59,238 bases of DNA. Source: Sphingobacteriaceae bacterium. GTDB lineage: Bacteria > Bacteroidota > Bacteroidia > B-17B0 > Aurantibacillaceae. Where the stretch lies: assembly GCA_947457335.1 (NCBI GenBank), contig CANGWA010000001.1, positions 1 through 59,238 of the forward strand, in the 5' to 3' direction. The notes beneath the pieces are model-generated. The model was not told where the DNA came from, did not search any database, and worked only from the letters and a program-made list of their open reading frames with translations. Position numbers and translations under genes: made by a program. The stretch's first letter is position 1, and the number at the start of each line of letters is the position of its first letter. Below are positions 57,720 through 59,238 of this stretch, piece by piece.

Positions 57720-59238
57720 GCATTACAGCGGTGGAGCGCCTGGTGCGCATGAAGAAATTGCTGAAGAAAGAACAAGACGAGGACTACAGGCAATACAAGG
57801 AATTATTTTTACGGGTTAACATTGATCAACGGCGCAAGAACGGTGTAACGTGGTTTCCCATTAAAATCAATAACGAAGAGTTGGGTGCTGGTGAATTAAT
57901 GCACGTGGAAGTAGAGCGCACAACCTATACCGATTTACCACATCAATTTTCATCGGGAAAAAATGTAACGCTTTTCACTGAACGCGACGGTGAAACGCTG
58001 GAAGTGAATGGCACCATTAAACAAGTGAGTCGTAACACCATGCGCGTGGTGCTGCACACCGATGAACTACCCGACTGGTGTTATGAAGGCCGTTTGGGTG
58101 TTAATATTCAATTCGACGACCACAGCTACACTGTCATGCAAGAAGCACTCGACGAATTAATTGACGCCCGACACAACCGTGTAGCCGAACTACGCGAGAT
58201 GATTGAAGGAGAACGCTCCCTTGCCTTTGATAATGAAGATGAGTCGCTGAGCGTAGCTGGCCTCAACCTTTCTCAAACCCGTGCCATCCGTAAAGTCATC
58301 AGCGCCCGTGACATCATGGTCATCCATGGTCCACCCGGTACAGGCAAATCCACCAGTCTGGCACACGCCATACGCGAAACACTGAAGCACGAAAAACAAG
58401 TGCTTGTTTGTGCTCCAACCAATACGGCAGTAGATGTCATCACCGAAAAATTAATTAGCCTGGGCATCGATGTACTGCGTCTTGGTCACCCTGCACGGAT
58501 GAATGATGAATTGGTGCGAACCAGTGTGGATGGACGTGTCACCGCCTCTCAGTATTATAAAGAAATCAAAGACTTGCGGCGTCAAGCAGAAGAATATTTC
58601 CGCTTAGCGGGGAAACACCAACGCAGTTACGGTCCCCAAGAAGCCCGCGAGCGGGCCTTTCATTATTCAGAGGCCCGTAAATGCATAAAAGATGCCCGCT
58701 TATTGGAGGATTATATCACGGACGAGTTGTTTAAAACAGCACAAGTGATTTGCTGCACGCCCGTAACTAGCAAGCACAAAGGCTTAGCTCGGAAAAAATT
58801 CAAGACCTTGTTTTTTGACGAAGCCTCACAAGCACTTGAACCCATGTTGTGGGTGCCCCTGTTAAAATGTGAGCGACTCATTCTTGCAGGAGATCATTTT
58901 CAATTGCCGCCCGTGGTGAAGAGTCACGAAGCGAAAAGCGGTGGACTCGACATTACCGTGTTGGATCGGGTTGTAAAAAACGAGGCAGCGGTCGCCTTGC
59001 TCAATAAACAATACCGCATGAACGAGGTCATTATGGGTTTTAGCAACCGTTGGTTCTATGGCAACGAATTAAAATCCGATGAAACGGTCGCCACCCACAC
59101 CCTTATCAATGAAGAGGGCTCCTTGCTGAACCAGTCCCTTGAATTCATTGACACTGCAGGCTGCGGGTATGATGAAGTTCAAAATCCCGAGACCCTTAGT
59201 TATAGTAATGCAGAAGAAGGGCGCATCGTATATCAGTA
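57716..59238 (+). CDS. IGHMBP2/Upf1-like superfamily 1B helicase (3'-truncated by window edge; missing from the ORF track)
   Basis: ATG 57716 overlaps the upstream TGA (ATGA). Reads MSITAVERL...NGVTWFPI...IHGPPGTGKST...APTN.AVD...FFDEASQ...LAGDHFQLPP...QYRM...FIDTAG, with no stop seen before the window end. Confidence 0.9.
   Translation, partial: MSITAVERLVRMKKLLKKEQDEDYRQYKELFLRVNIDQRRKNGVTWFPIKINNEELGAGELMHVEVERTTYTDLPHQFSSGKNVTLFTERDGETLEVNGTIKQVSRNTMRVVLHTDELPDWCYEGRLGVNIQFDDHSYTVMQEALDELIDARHNRVAELREMIEGERSLAFDNEDESLSVAGLNLSQTRAIRKVISARDIMVIHGPPGTGKSTSLAHAIRETLKHEKQVLVCAPTNTAVDVITEKLISLGIDVLRLGHPARMNDELVRTSVDGRVTASQYYKEIKDLRRQAEEYFRLAGKHQRSYGPQEARERAFHYSEARKCIKDARLLEDYITDELFKTAQVICCTPVTSKHKGLARKKFKTLFFDEASQALEPMLWVPLLKCERLILAGDHFQLPPVVKSHEAKSGGLDITVLDRVVKNEAAVALLNKQYRMNEVIMGFSNRWFYGNELKSDETVATHTLINEEGSLLNQSLEFIDTAGCGYDEVQNPETLSYSNAEEGRIVYQ

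Overview
A gene-dense chromosomal segment of an aerobic Bacteroidota bacterium, judged from the TAnnTTTG -7 promoter boxes, several T9SS C-terminal-domain proteins and the short Bacteroidota-type NuoG. Most of it is housekeeping: rfaD (partial), an ABC-F ATPase, mutT, aroK, hemB, lysS, a complete nuoA-N operon, tatA, gatA, mdh, holB, pth, a BtuFCD/FecBCD-type ABC transporter, mfd and an IGHMBP2/Upf1-like helicase (partial). Five things stand out. (1) An AT-rich, integrase-free three-gene islet lies between a tRNA(CAT) and lysS. It encodes a DCTPP1/MazG-like dNTP pyrophosphatase, a PD-(D/E)XK nuclease-SF1 helicase (DUF2075-like) and an SBD-like HNH endonuclease, and is the best candidate for an undescribed anti-phage system. 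(2) A transaldolase/FSA-fold protein with a rewired active site is fused to a KdsD-like CBS pair and sits directly upstream of a KdsC-like phosphatase, suggesting an alternative Kdo-precursor route. (3) Four to five long intergenic hairpin elements form one family, and a separate composite heptamer-repeat module occurs at three loci. (4) TGA-N6-TCA palindromes sit exactly 22 bp from four promoter -7 boxes (putative CRP/FNR regulon). (5) There are tandem SET-domain genes with Lys-rich tails, and a TonB-domain gene inserted inside the nuo operon. All family assignments come from motif recognition by eye; no database searches were run.
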